From: Bacteroidota bacterium
GTDB lineage: Bacteria; Bacteroidota; Bacteroidia; Flavobacteriales; Schleiferiaceae
NCBI GenBank assembly: GCA_024742495.1
Contig: JANSYJ010000012.1
Location: 10,021 to 74,020 of the forward strand
Length of the DNA stretch: 64,000 nucleotides
Reading direction: 5' to 3'
Part shown: positions 35,772-45,137 of the stretch, in pieces
Position numbering within the stretch: the stretch's first letter is position 1
How the letters are laid out: each line of letters begins with the position of its first letter
Notes under the pieces: model-generated
Database searches by the model: none
The model's input: only the letters and a program-made list of their open reading frames with translations
Told to the model about the DNA's origin: nothing
Translations under genes and position numbers: made by a program

Positions 35772-37946
35772 ATGGAAATATTCCAAAACTCCTTGACCGT
35801 CTCCATTATAGTCGGTGTTGTGCTGATCTTCGGGATCATCGCCCTCTTCTCAAAATTTTACTACAAAGCTTCGCAAGGTCAAGCCTTAGTGCGCACCGGT
35901 GTTGGCGGTATAAAGGTTTCCTTTAATGGACTGATCGTAATTCCAGTTTTGCATAAAATTGAGATTATGGACATTTCGCTTAATACCATTACGATTGAGC
36001 GAAAAGGCAAGGATGGATTGGTATGTAAAGACAATTTAAGAGCCGACATTAGTGTTGCTTTTTACGTTCGTGTAAATGAAATGCAGCAGGATGTGAAACG
36101 GGTAGCCCAATCGGTAGGTTGTAGCCGAGCATCTTCTAAAGATGCCCTAAGATTACTCTTCGACGCTAAGTTCTCTGAAGCCCTTAAAACGGTAGGTAAG
36201 AAGTTTGAATTTGTAGATCTCTACAATCAAAGGGATGAGTTCCGTAAGGAGATAATCGACATTATTGGCACCGACCTCAACGGTTATATCTTGGACGATG
36301 CGGCCATCGACTTCCTTGAGCAAACCCCGCTTGATTCCTTAGACCCCAACAATATTTTGGATGCTGAGGGTATTAAAAAGATTACCGAGATCACCGCTCG
36401 TGAGGCCGTGAAATCGAACTACATACAAAGGGATAAAGAGAAAACCTTAAAACAACAGGATGTAGAAGCGCGTGAAGCCATTTTAGTCTTAGAAAGACAA
36501 TTAGCCGAATCGGAGGAAAAGCAGAAACGTGAAATCGCCAATGTACACGCTCGGGAACAAGCAGAAATTGATCGGGTAAATGAAGAAGAACGCCTGAAAG
36601 CGGAAAGCGCCCGAATTGCCACCGAAGAAGAACTACAAGTAGCGGAGGAAAATAAACTTCGTCAAGTAATTGTAGCCTCTAAAAACAAGGAGCGTACGGA
36701 GGCCATTGAAACCGAAAGGGTTGAAAAAGATCGCCAATTAGAAGTTACTGAGCGCGAGCGGATTGTTACCCTTACTCAAATTGAAAAAGAAAAGGCGATT
36801 GAAGAGGAGCGTAAGAATATTCAAGAAGTGATTCGCGAAAGAGTAGCGATTGAAAAAACCGTAGTTGACGAAGAGGAACGCATCAAAGATACCCGTGAAT
36901 TTGCCGCAGCCGAACGATTGAAGAAAGTGACCCTCACCGAGGCCGAACAAAGAGCCGAAGCCGCATTGGTTGAAGAAATTAAACGCGCCGAAGCCTCTAA
37001 GCAGTCAGCCGAATTCTTAGCGAAGAAATTAATTATTGATGCCGAAGCGGAACAGCAAAGTGCCACTCAAAAAGCGGAGGCTATTAAAACCTTAGCGGAA
37101 GCAGAAGCGGCCCGTGAAGCCGCCAAAGGAATGGCCGAAGCGCAAGTAATGGAAGCCAAAGCTGCCGCTCGTGAGAAGCAGGGTGAGGCGGAAGCAAGCG
37201 TACTGGAAGATCAAGCGATGGCCGAAGCGAAAGGCATTGAAGCGAAATCGAATGCTCAAGCTGAATCAGATTTAAGAATTGGTAAAGCAGCGGCTGATGT
37301 AAGCAAAGCCCAAGGTTTAGCGGAAGCGGAAGTAATTCGCGAAAAAGCAGAAGCCGAGAAATCCAAAGGATTGGCAGATGCCCAAGTACTACTTGAAAAA
37401 GCACAAGCAGAAGCAGAAGGCATTGACCGTAAAGCCAAAGCCATGAAAACCTTTAATGATGCCGGTAAGGAGCATGAAGAGTTTAAACTGCGCTTGGATA
37501 AAGACCTTAAAATTGAATTGGCTGGCATTAACATCCAAAAGGATATTGCTGATGCCCAGGCCGAAGTGATGTCGGAAGCCTTAAAGAGCGCTAACATCGA
37601 TATTGTCGGAGGCGATCAAGTTTTCTTCGATAAAATCATTGGCGCCATTACCCAAGGTAAGAGCATGGATCGCACCGTGAACAACAGCGAAATTTACAGT
37701 GAAATTAAAGGGCAACTGCTTGACGCAGATGGCAAGAGTTTAATTGATCAGGTGCGAAGCATATTTGCCGAATCGGGACTAAAAAGTGAAGATATCCGCA
37801 ATTTATCGGTAGCGGTATTCCTCAATCGCTTAATGCAACAAACCGATGATCCGCTGAAGAAAAGCAACCTGCAACAAATGTTGGAGCTCGCTCGTAAATC
37901 GGGAATCGGAAACAACTCAATTCAAGACTTAGGCATTATAAATTAA
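35772..37946 (+). CDS. Flotillin-family SPFH/Band-7 protein (YqiK-like)
   Basis: 724 aa. N-terminal TM, SPFH domain (QALVRTGVGG...ISLNTITIE...), about 350 aa of E/A/K-rich coiled coil, and a flotillin-type C-terminus. Confidence 0.85.
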   Translation: MEIFQNSLTVSIIVGVVLIFGIIALFSKFYYKASQGQALVRTGVGGIKVSFNGLIVIPVLHKIEIMDISLNTITIERKGKDGLVCKDNLRADISVAFYVRVNEMQQDVKRVAQSVGCSRASSKDALRLLFDAKFSEALKTVGKKFEFVDLYNQRDEFRKEIIDIIGTDLNGYILDDAAIDFLEQTPLDSLDPNNILDAEGIKKITEITAREAVKSNYIQRDKEKTLKQQDVEAREAILVLERQLAESEEKQKREIANVHAREQAEIDRVNEEERLKAESARIATEEELQVAEENKLRQVIVASKNKERTEAIETERVEKDRQLEVTERERIVTLTQIEKEKAIEEERKNIQEVIRERVAIEKTVVDEEERIKDTREFAAAERLKKVTLTEAEQRAEAALVEEIKRAEASKQSAEFLAKKLIIDAEAEQQSATQKAEAIKTLAEAEAAREAAKGMAEAQVMEAKAAAREKQGEAEASVLEDQAMAEAKGIEAKSNAQAESDLRIGKAAADVSKAQGLAEAEVIREKAEAEKSKGLADAQVLLEKAQAEAEGIDRKAKAMKTFNDAGKEHEEFKLRLDKDLKIELAGINIQKDIADAQAEVMSEALKSANIDIVGGDQVFFDKIIGAITQGKSMDRTVNNSEIYSEIKGQLLDADGKSLIDQVRSIFAESGLKSEDIRNLSVAVFLNRLMQQTDDPLKKSNLQQMLELARKSGIGNNSIQDLGIIN

Positions 37947-37952
37947 GACCAA

Positions 37953-37976
37953 GGGTCGGTTTAAAGGTACCGACCC
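37953..37976 (+). promoter_or_regulatory. Intercistronic 8-bp GC-rich hairpin between the flotillin and AAA+ genes (no T-tract)
   Basis: gggtcggt (37953..37960) pairs with accgaccc (37969..37976) across an 8-nt loop. It lies in the largest gap (45 nt) of the operon. Confidence 0.3.
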
Positions 37977-37991
37977 ATTCCTAAACCAAAC

Positions 37992-40900
37992 ATGGCCGAA
38001 AAAAGCAATATATCAGATTCAAACTCTTTGGAGACGGGCGCCTATACTATTATTCGCGAACGCCTTCAAAATAATGGCAAGGATCTTCAAGCGCGATTAA
38101 AGCAGCTAAATGATGAGCGTCGTCTCGTATTTGGGGCCACCGATACGCGGCTAATCGCCAATGAGCGCATAAGCACCGAACACAATTGTTTGGCACGCGA
38201 TATAGTACCGGTGGGTAATGACTTTTTTTGGTTTGGCTATAATGTTCAAATCGGCCTTAAAGCCGAAACCCATATTTCCGATGTGTTTAGCATTTACCGC
38301 TACGATCGAGAAAACCATCGCTTTCAAAGCACTGAAAGTCCCATTTTTGAGGATCCACAGTTTCAACTCGACTTTCAAAACCTCTACCAATATTACCGCG
38401 AAACGCGATTTAGCAAATTCGCCTTAATCGGTCCCTACCTATTTATGGTGTTTCAGGTGGGTAAGAAGAGAGAGGACATAAAAACCTTTAAATGGGCCCT
38501 GAAAGATGGCGCCTATCACTATGTTGATAATCGCAGCGACCATGAATTTCGCTTTCCCGAACAACATCAATTTAAATGGACTAAGGTAAACCGCGATATG
38601 CACCGCAAAGGACTGCATCCGCATATCTCCATATCGGATCGGCTTTTTGTAGAAACCATCGGTGGCGATCTCACTTTAAAAGTTGAGGACAATACCAATA
38701 GTGGCAAGGGCATTTACAGTGAAGCGGTAGATAATGCGGACCAGACTTTGGATGATGCCGATATCTCTTTTGCCGAAGTAGGAAATATCATCTTACTTAA
38801 GATTCAGCCTTATCTGGAGGATGATTATCGCTACATCATTTTTAATGAGAAAATTCAAGAAGCCAAGCGGGTTGATGCCATTAAAGATGCCTGTGTACTG
38901 CTGCCGGAGGACCAAGGTTTAATTTTCGCCAAAGGCTATTACATCCAAAGTGGTGAAGTGAAGCTTTTTGACAATGAGCTGCAGGGTATGCAGTTTGAAA
39001 AGCGCATTAATTCACCTAATGGTGAGGATGTACTCTATGTCTTCTATCAGCCCGAAAGCGGCACCTATGCCTTAATGCGCTACAATCTCATTGAGCAAGA
39101 AGTAAGCACGCCCATCATTTGCAGTGGCTACAGTCTCTTTGAAGATGGGGAAATGATTTACTTCCGAGCGGAGGAAGAGCAAACAAAGCATCATCTTATA
39201 CAGATTTGGCAAACCCCCTTTTACTCCCCCAATCGCCAAAACGAAGCTAGTAATGACTCCTACCTAGCAAAATTGGGAAATAAGGAAATTGTGCGGGCCA
39301 TGTCGGAATCGAGGGAACTCCTAAAACTAGTTTATAAAGAAGATAACTACCAAGGCCTATACAACGACCTAACTAAGAAAAGCTCCGATATCCTTGACAG
39401 CTACCATTGGTTAGGCTCCGAAGAAGCTTATCAGCTGGAAGCTCCCTTATTGCAAATTAGAGACACGGCTAAAAGTGCCATTGACGAGTACGAAAAGGTT
39501 GTTCAACTTAAGAAAGATAGCAGCCGTTTATACGAAGCCTTTGAGGCTGATTGCCAAAAGAAGTTAAGAGCTCTAAAAGCGGGATTAGGAAATCATATTG
39601 ATGCCTATGTAAAACGCATGGCGGAAATTCGCAGCAGTCGCGGTGAACTCCTCGGTCTTAAGGATTTACCCTATGTAAATACCGAAGGCCTTAATGAGCT
39701 GGAAGAAAAGTTGGCAGAAGCTTCTGAGCATTTAGCTGCTGAAACGGCAAATTTCTTGGTAAAGGAAAAAGCCCTTAATCCTTATCGTGATAAACTCGAT
39801 CAACTGGTAAAGAATTCCGAGGCTCTTCAAAAATCAATTGATGCCAAGAAGCTAGAAGAAGAAAGCCTTCAACTGTCTCAAGAATTGGAGATGCTTATCG
39901 AAACGGTGAGTAATTTACAAATTGAGGACGCCACCCAATCTACCGAGATCATTGACCGGATTTCGGATTTATACGCCGCCTTTAATCAGGCCAAAGCTGG
40001 AATTAAACGCAGTAGAAAAGAATTGGTACTGCGTGAAAGCGCCAGTGAGTTTAAGGCTCAATTGCGTTTGGCCGATCAGAGCTTGAGCAATTTTATTGAA
40101 TTGGCCGATGAACCGGAAAAATGCGATAGCTATCTCAATAAAATGATGATACAGCTGGAGGAGCTGGAAAGTCGTTTTTCCGAATCGGAGGAATTCCTCG
40201 ATCAAATTTCAAATTTAAGAGACGAGGTTTACAACACCTTCGAAACCAAAAAAATACAGCTTAAGGAAGCCCGTAATCGTCGCGCCTTAAAGCTCAGCGA
40301 ATCAGGGAAACGCATTTTGGAAGGCATTCAGCGTCGCCTACAGAATATGGCTAGCAGCGCGGAAATACAGTCCTACTATGCCTCTGACTTTATGGTCTTA
40401 AAATTAAGAGACCAGGCCAAGGCATTAGTGGAATTGGGCGACTCCGTGAAAGCGGATGAATTGGAAAGTCAATTGAAATCGACTTATGAAGATGCCCTTC
40501 GCCAATTAAAAGATCGGCAAGAGCTGTATGCAGATGGCGATAAACTAATCCAACTTGGAAAGCATCGCTTTAGCGTAAACCATCAGGAAATAGATCTTTC
40601 CTTGGTTCAAAGAGAAAATGGAATTTTTTTACACATAAACGGTACTGGCTTTTTTGAAGCGATTGAAAGTGATGATTTAGAAGCTTGTAGACCGGTGTGG
40701 GAACAACATCTGCGCAGTGAAAATGAGCGGGTATATAGAGCCGAGTTTTTGGCCTATTCCATTTTTAAAGCCGCTAAAGTTGGTGAGGAAAGCTGGAATT
40801 TAAAGGAGCTTCATCAACTCGCGCATCAGGAACTTTTACCCCAAGTTCAAAAAGAAATGTCCAGCCGTTTTCAGGAAGCTTATGTAAAAGGGGTGCACGA

Positions 40901-42920
40901 TGAAGATGCGAGCAAAATCTTAGAAGGACTTCTAAAACTACACTTTGAACTTGGACTCTTACGTCATCCTGCCAAAGCAAGGCTATGGGCCCTTTATACC
41001 TGGGACTTTGTTTTAAGCAAGGAGCAAAAGCAAGCGATTAAAGAAGAATTTAATCATGTAAAAAGCATTTTACAATTCTTCCCAAACAGCACTAGTTTTA
41101 AAAGTAGCAAGGAGGCCTTAGCCGAAATTTTGCAATCCGATTCAGCCACAGCCCAGCTCTTAAAGGCTGATGCCAATCAGTTGGATGCCGCGGTAGATTT
41201 TTGCTTTGACTGGCTGAGTCAATCCGAGGCCCTGGCTTTTTCTCAGGAAGCACGAACTTTAGTGGATGCCTTTCAATCAAAGCTGCGAAAAAGCCAAGCC
41301 CTAAAACGTTTTGAGGCCGATTGCAAGCAACAGGCAGATGAACATTGGAGTCAAGCTATAAAACGCATTCACACCTGGCTTGCCGCCTTTACGAGTTCTA
41401 GTGCGCTTAACATTAATGAGGATCACTTCTTGGAGGCTGCCTACTTACTGGGCCTTTCCAAATTAGATGCCGAGCAAGGTCATGTGCATCATACCCAGCT
41501 GGAAATCGACAATATGCGCGGCGAACATCCAAATATTGTGGAAGGTAGCTTAAGCATCGATTACCGCGAATTAGAGGAACGCCTCCAATTCTTTAGTGCG
41601 GAAACAATTCCCTTATACGAGCGCTTTCAAAATATCAAGAAAGAGCTATTAAGAGCGGAACGTCGCAAAATGGGTCTATCCGAATTTAAACCTCGGATTA
41701 TGAGTTCATTCGTGCGTAATGAATTACTGGATGAAGTTTACCTTCCCATGATTGGCGATAACCTTGCAAAGCAGATTGGAGCGGCGGGTAAGGATAAGCG
41801 TACCGACTTAATGGGCATGCTCCTGCTCATCTCTCCTCCCGGTTATGGTAAAACCACCTTGATGGAGTATATCGCCGCCAGGCTGGGATTAGTGTTCATG
41901 AAAATTAACGGTCCTGCTCTTGGTCACGATGTAAAAAGCGTTGATCCCGAAGGGGCGCCAAATGCCGGAGCTAGAGAAGAACTCTATAAGCTGAATTTAG
42001 CCTTTGAGATGGGCGACAATGTGATGATCTATCTCGATGATATTCAACATTGTAATCCCGAGTTTCTTCAAAAATTCATTAGCCTTTGTGATGCCCAACG
42101 AAAAATTGAAGGGGTGTATAAAGGTGAGGCAAAAACCTACGACTTCCGCGGAAAGAAAGTGGCGGTGATTATGGCAGGTAACCCTTATACCGAAAGCGGA
42201 GATAAGTTTCAGATTCCGGATATGCTTGCCAACCGTGCCGATATTTACAATTTAGGAGATATTATTGGCGGCAAAGCAGAGGCCTTTGAATTAAGCTATA
42301 TTGAAAATAGCCTCAGCTCCAACCGCAGCTTGGCTCGTTTAGCGGATAAACCACGGGCAGATTTAAAATCCTTTCTAAGGGCGGCGGTAGATAATCAGCA
42401 GGACCTAGACCTCAAAGACAATTACAGCGCCACCGAAAAAGAAGAGCTATTAAAAGTCCTCCGATTAGCCTATGAGGTGCGCCGTATCGTATTAATGGTT
42501 AACCAGCGCTATATTCATTCTGCCGGTCAGGCCGATGCCTTTAGAAGTGAACCGCCTTTTAAGTTACAAGGTTCCTACCGCGATATGAATAAGCTCTGCG
42601 AAAAGCTAAGTGCCATGATGAATGAATCGGAGCTGGAGCAGATTTTACTATCCCATTATGAAAACGAATCGCAAACTCTAACTCAAGGAGCGGAGTTCAA
42701 TTTCCTTCGCCTCAAGCAGCTTTTGGAGAAAAGCACGCCCGAAGAGGAAGAGCGATTGGCGGAAATATTAAAAGCCTATCAAAAACAGCAGCAAGCCAAG
42801 GGTTATGGCTCTAATCAGGTGGCGCCCATTGTAGAGCGCTTAGAGCAGATGGGCTTCGGACTGCAGGAGCTGGTGCGCATATTTGAAAACGAAAACAAAC
42901 TAAACACTAAAAAAGAATGA
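37992..42920 (+). CDS. 1642-aa protein: N-terminal beta-rich region, long coiled-coil, single C-terminal AAA+ ATPase module
   Basis: Uninterrupted ORF. Walker A LLISPPGYGKTT (K codon 41850..41852). Walker B VMIYLDDIQH (DD at 42036..42041). Sensor-1-like VIMAGNPYT and Arg motif LANRADIYNLGD. Confidence 0.8.
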   Translation: MAEKSNISDSNSLETGAYTIIRERLQNNGKDLQARLKQLNDERRLVFGATDTRLIANERISTEHNCLARDIVPVGNDFFWFGYNVQIGLKAETHISDVFSIYRYDRENHRFQSTESPIFEDPQFQLDFQNLYQYYRETRFSKFALIGPYLFMVFQVGKKREDIKTFKWALKDGAYHYVDNRSDHEFRFPEQHQFKWTKVNRDMHRKGLHPHISISDRLFVETIGGDLTLKVEDNTNSGKGIYSEAVDNADQTLDDADISFAEVGNIILLKIQPYLEDDYRYIIFNEKIQEAKRVDAIKDACVLLPEDQGLIFAKGYYIQSGEVKLFDNELQGMQFEKRINSPNGEDVLYVFYQPESGTYALMRYNLIEQEVSTPIICSGYSLFEDGEMIYFRAEEEQTKHHLIQIWQTPFYSPNRQNEASNDSYLAKLGNKEIVRAMSESRELLKLVYKEDNYQGLYNDLTKKSSDILDSYHWLGSEEAYQLEAPLLQIRDTAKSAIDEYEKVVQLKKDSSRLYEAFEADCQKKLRALKAGLGNHIDAYVKRMAEIRSSRGELLGLKDLPYVNTEGLNELEEKLAEASEHLAAETANFLVKEKALNPYRDKLDQLVKNSEALQKSIDAKKLEEESLQLSQELEMLIETVSNLQIEDATQSTEIIDRISDLYAAFNQAKAGIKRSRKELVLRESASEFKAQLRLADQSLSNFIELADEPEKCDSYLNKMMIQLEELESRFSESEEFLDQISNLRDEVYNTFETKKIQLKEARNRRALKLSESGKRILEGIQRRLQNMASSAEIQSYYASDFMVLKLRDQAKALVELGDSVKADELESQLKSTYEDALRQLKDRQELYADGDKLIQLGKHRFSVNHQEIDLSLVQRENGIFLHINGTGFFEAIESDDLEACRPVWEQHLRSENERVYRAEFLAYSIFKAAKVGEESWNLKELHQLAHQELLPQVQKEMSSRFQEAYVKGVHDEDASKILEGLLKLHFELGLLRHPAKARLWALYTWDFVLSKEQKQAIKEEFNHVKSILQFFPNSTSFKSSKEALAEILQSDSATAQLLKADANQLDAAVDFCFDWLSQSEALAFSQEARTLVDAFQSKLRKSQALKRFEADCKQQADEHWSQAIKRIHTWLAAFTSSSALNINEDHFLEAAYLLGLSKLDAEQGHVHHTQLEIDNMRGEHPNIVEGSLSIDYRELEERLQFFSAETIPLYERFQNIKKELLRAERRKMGLSEFKPRIMSSFVRNELLDEVYLPMIGDNLAKQIGAAGKDKRTDLMGMLLLISPPGYGKTTLMEYIAARLGLVFMKINGPALGHDVKSVDPEGAPNAGAREELYKLNLAFEMGDNVMIYLDDIQHCNPEFLQKFISLCDAQRKIEGVYKGEAKTYDFRGKKVAVIMAGNPYTESGDKFQIPDMLANRADIYNLGDIIGGKAEAFELSYIENSLSSNRSLARLADKPRADLKSFLRAAVDNQQDLDLKDNYSATEKEELLKVLRLAYEVRRIVLMVNQRYIHSAGQADAFRSEPPFKLQGSYRDMNKLCEKLSAMMNESELEQILLSHYENESQTLTQGAEFNFLRLKQLLEKSTPEEEERLAEILKAYQKQQQAKGYGSNQVAPIVERLEQMGFGLQELVRIFENENKLNTKKE

Positions 42921-43468
42921 GCTTATTCGGTAATTTATTTGGCTCCAAAAAGGAGGAAGAACCCAATCCATTTGGGCGTACGCCGGCCGACTTAGACCAG
43001 GGTTTTATTTTTGAATACGACCTTCAAAGCTGGGAAGTTATGGCCGTGTATGAATACGACTGGGGCGATGAAAACTTCAGCAAGGAGTTTAAGGTGAGTG
43101 ATGGCACAAACACCTATTTCCTTTCGGTGGAAGACGACGATCAATTGGAAATGACCTGGAGTCAGAAAATCTCCTTGAACGCCATAGAAGGGCGAATTGC
43201 CAGTCAAATTGAAGAAAATGAACGACCGCCAGAGAGCCTCGTTTATGAAGGAAAAACTTTTTATTTGGAAGAAGAAAGTGCTGGCTATTTTCATGAGAAA
43301 GGCAGCGGCGAAGAGGCCTGGACGGAATTTATGGTTTGGGACTATTTCGATAAAAAGGAAGAAACTTCCCTGAGCATTGAACAATGGGGACCACGATCTT
43401 TTGAAGCATCCTATGGTAAGGTGCTAAAGAATCACGAAATTTCGGACATCCTACCAAGGCAACAATAA
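42917..43468 (+). CDS. DUF4178-like protein
   Basis: 183 aa. The pattern FEYDLQSWEVMAVYEYDWGDE...YFLSVEDDD is repeated in WTEFMVWDYFD...LSIEQW. ATGA overlap with the AAA+ gene. Confidence 0.5.
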   Translation: MSLFGNLFGSKKEEEPNPFGRTPADLDQGFIFEYDLQSWEVMAVYEYDWGDENFSKEFKVSDGTNTYFLSVEDDDQLEMTWSQKISLNAIEGRIASQIEENERPPESLVYEGKTFYLEEESAGYFHEKGSGEEAWTEFMVWDYFDKKEETSLSIEQWGPRSFEASYGKVLKNHEISDILPRQQ

Positions 43469-43469
43469 A

Positions 43470-44237
43470 ATGAGACAAGTACACAAATTCCTTAGCATTT
43501 TAACTCTGGTCCTTGTGGCCCAAGCTTGCGGACCTGGCAGTCCAAGCTTTGTTAAAAATCCCCTTGATGACATCGTGAAAGAACTAAGTGAAGTTCCAAA
43601 CTTCAGTATCATTCTTTACGATATGAATTTTGATGAGGCCACGGAGCAGTATCAACATCAATATCGGATTCTAAAAGAGCCCCAGGGCGCGGATACCATA
43701 GAAACGGAAACCACCGACTGGAAGCAAGTAAGCCCCGAATATTTCAATGAGCACATTGAAAATATGGGCATGACCATCGTTTCAAAATCTAATGGCACGG
43801 TCGACAAAAAGGTAAGTCCTCCGGGTTATAATCAATATGTAGGCAATGAAAAATACGGACAATGGAGCCAAAACTCAGATGGCACCAGCTTTTGGGAATT
43901 CTATGGCAAATATGCCTTTCTCCGCAGTATGCTTGGTTTTGGTTACTCTCCTATTTACTATGGGGGCTGGAATGATTACCGACGGAATTATTACCCCTAC
44001 GGTAGAACCTATTACGGCCAAGGCTCAAACGGAAGAAACAGGTATGGAACCAATAGCACCCATAATCAGAGCCGAAGTAAAGCCTCAACCTGGAGTGGTA
44101 AAAACCAAGACTTTAAAAACAAAGTCCGCAGTAGAGCCCAAAGAAGCTCCAGTAGAACTAGCAAAAGAAGTCGTTCCGGATCGCGCTACCGCAGTGGATC
44201 CAGCAGTCGCGGACGTGGATTTGGCGGTGGTAAATAA
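43470..44237 (+). CDS. Lipoprotein with Tyr/Gly-rich middle and Arg/Ser/Gly-rich tail (YjfM-like)
   Basis: Lipobox LVAQACGPG. The C-terminus ...SRTSKRSRSGSRYRSGSSSRGRGFGGGK resembles the tail of E. coli YjfM (from my memory of that sequence). Confidence 0.5.
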   Translation: MRQVHKFLSILTLVLVAQACGPGSPSFVKNPLDDIVKELSEVPNFSIILYDMNFDEATEQYQHQYRILKEPQGADTIETETTDWKQVSPEYFNEHIENMGMTIVSKSNGTVDKKVSPPGYNQYVGNEKYGQWSQNSDGTSFWEFYGKYAFLRSMLGFGYSPIYYGGWNDYRRNYYPYGRTYYGQGSNGRNRYGTNSTHNQSRSKASTWSGKNQDFKNKVRSRAQRSSSRTSKRSRSGSRYRSGSSSRGRGFGGGK

Positions 44238-44254
44238 TCCTAAAACTAAACAGA

Positions 44255-45136
44255 ATGACTACAGAGATCCTCAGCAACGAATGGGCCAACGACCTTCTCC
44301 TCTTCAGTATTTATTTGGTAAGTTCCCTACTCCTACTCTACCTTGGTAAATGGGCTTTTAAAATTACCAAAGCGAGCATTAATCCTGCTCACGAAATGGT
44401 GGAGAAAGATAATCTCGCCTTTAGCTTCGCCTATACCGGATATTTTGCCGGCTTACTATTAGCCGTTGGTTCGGCGGTTTATGGCGATTCCCTAGGTTTA
44501 TTAACCGACTTGGAAGACATGGCCATTTTCGGTCTGCTGGCCATCGTGCTACTCAATCTTTCTTCTTTAATTATTGATAAAATCACCCTCCGTAAATTTT
44601 CGATTTGGAAAGAAATTACTGAAGACCGCAATGCGGGAATGGGTATTATTGAAGGGGCGAATTATGTGGCCAGTGGTTTAATAATATTTGGAGCAATTAC
44701 CGGCGAAAGCGGTAATCTGCTTTTTGGTATTTATACCGCCGTAGCTTATTGGGCAATCGGACAGGTGCTTATCATTTTAGCCACTGCCATTTACAATCGC
44801 TTTATGCCCTACTCTCTTCACGATGAGATTGAAAAGGATAATAATGCTGCGGGCCTTGCCTTTGCAGGTTTAATTATTGCGGTGGCCAATTTAATTCGCA
44901 ATGGACTAATGGGCGACTTTGCATCTTGGGATGAAACCCTTATTGAAGTAGCTTATGAAACCGGAATCGGCCTAATTATTTTACCGCTAATTCGCACCTT
45001 GGTCGATCGAATACTATTGCCTGGTCGCAAATTAAGTGATGAAATTGCGGGCCAAGAAAAGCCCAATGTAGGGGCAGGATTAATAGAGGCCTTTGGCTAT
45101 ATCGGCGGTTCAGTCTTAATTATTTGGTGTATCTAA
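44255..45136 (+). CDS. Polytopic membrane protein with four DUF350 (YjfL-like) repeats
   Basis: About 8 TM helices. Four repeats begin EKDNLAFSFAYTGYFAG, EDRNAGMGIIEGANYVASG, EKDNNAAGLAFAGLIIAVA and EKPNVGAGLIEAFGYIGG. Confidence 0.6.
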   Translation: MTTEILSNEWANDLLLFSIYLVSSLLLLYLGKWAFKITKASINPAHEMVEKDNLAFSFAYTGYFAGLLLAVGSAVYGDSLGLLTDLEDMAIFGLLAIVLLNLSSLIIDKITLRKFSIWKEITEDRNAGMGIIEGANYVASGLIIFGAITGESGNLLFGIYTAVAYWAIGQVLIILATAIYNRFMPYSLHDEIEKDNNAAGLAFAGLIIAVANLIRNGLMGDFASWDETLIEVAYETGIGLIILPLIRTLVDRILLPGRKLSDEIAGQEKPNVGAGLIEAFGYIGGSVLIIWCI

Positions 45137-45137
45137 A

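Noticed and set aside
36419-37597. Several 67-113 aa minus-strand ORFs rich in Ala, Ser and Leu
   Set aside because: They are antisense to the GAA/GCN-rich (Glu/Ala) coiled-coil region of the flotillin gene. Stop-free antisense frames are expected from that codon bias.
37992-42920. Reading the giant protein as an SMC/Rad50/RecN-type DNA-repair ATPase because of its long coiled coil
   Set aside because: There is no N-terminal Walker A and no C-terminal signature or Walker B split around the coiled coil. Both Walker motifs sit about 65 residues apart in the C-terminal quarter, as in AAA+ proteins.
43846-44349. 167-aa alternative-frame ORF overlapping the tail of the YjfM-like gene and bridging into the DUF350 gene
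   Set aside because: The annotated frame gives a lipoprotein with a YjfM-like R/S/G tail and clean coupling to both neighbours. The alternative frame has no independent start context and would destroy the DUF350 N-terminus. It is most likely a by-product of low-complexity codon repetition. Only ribosome profiling could revive it.
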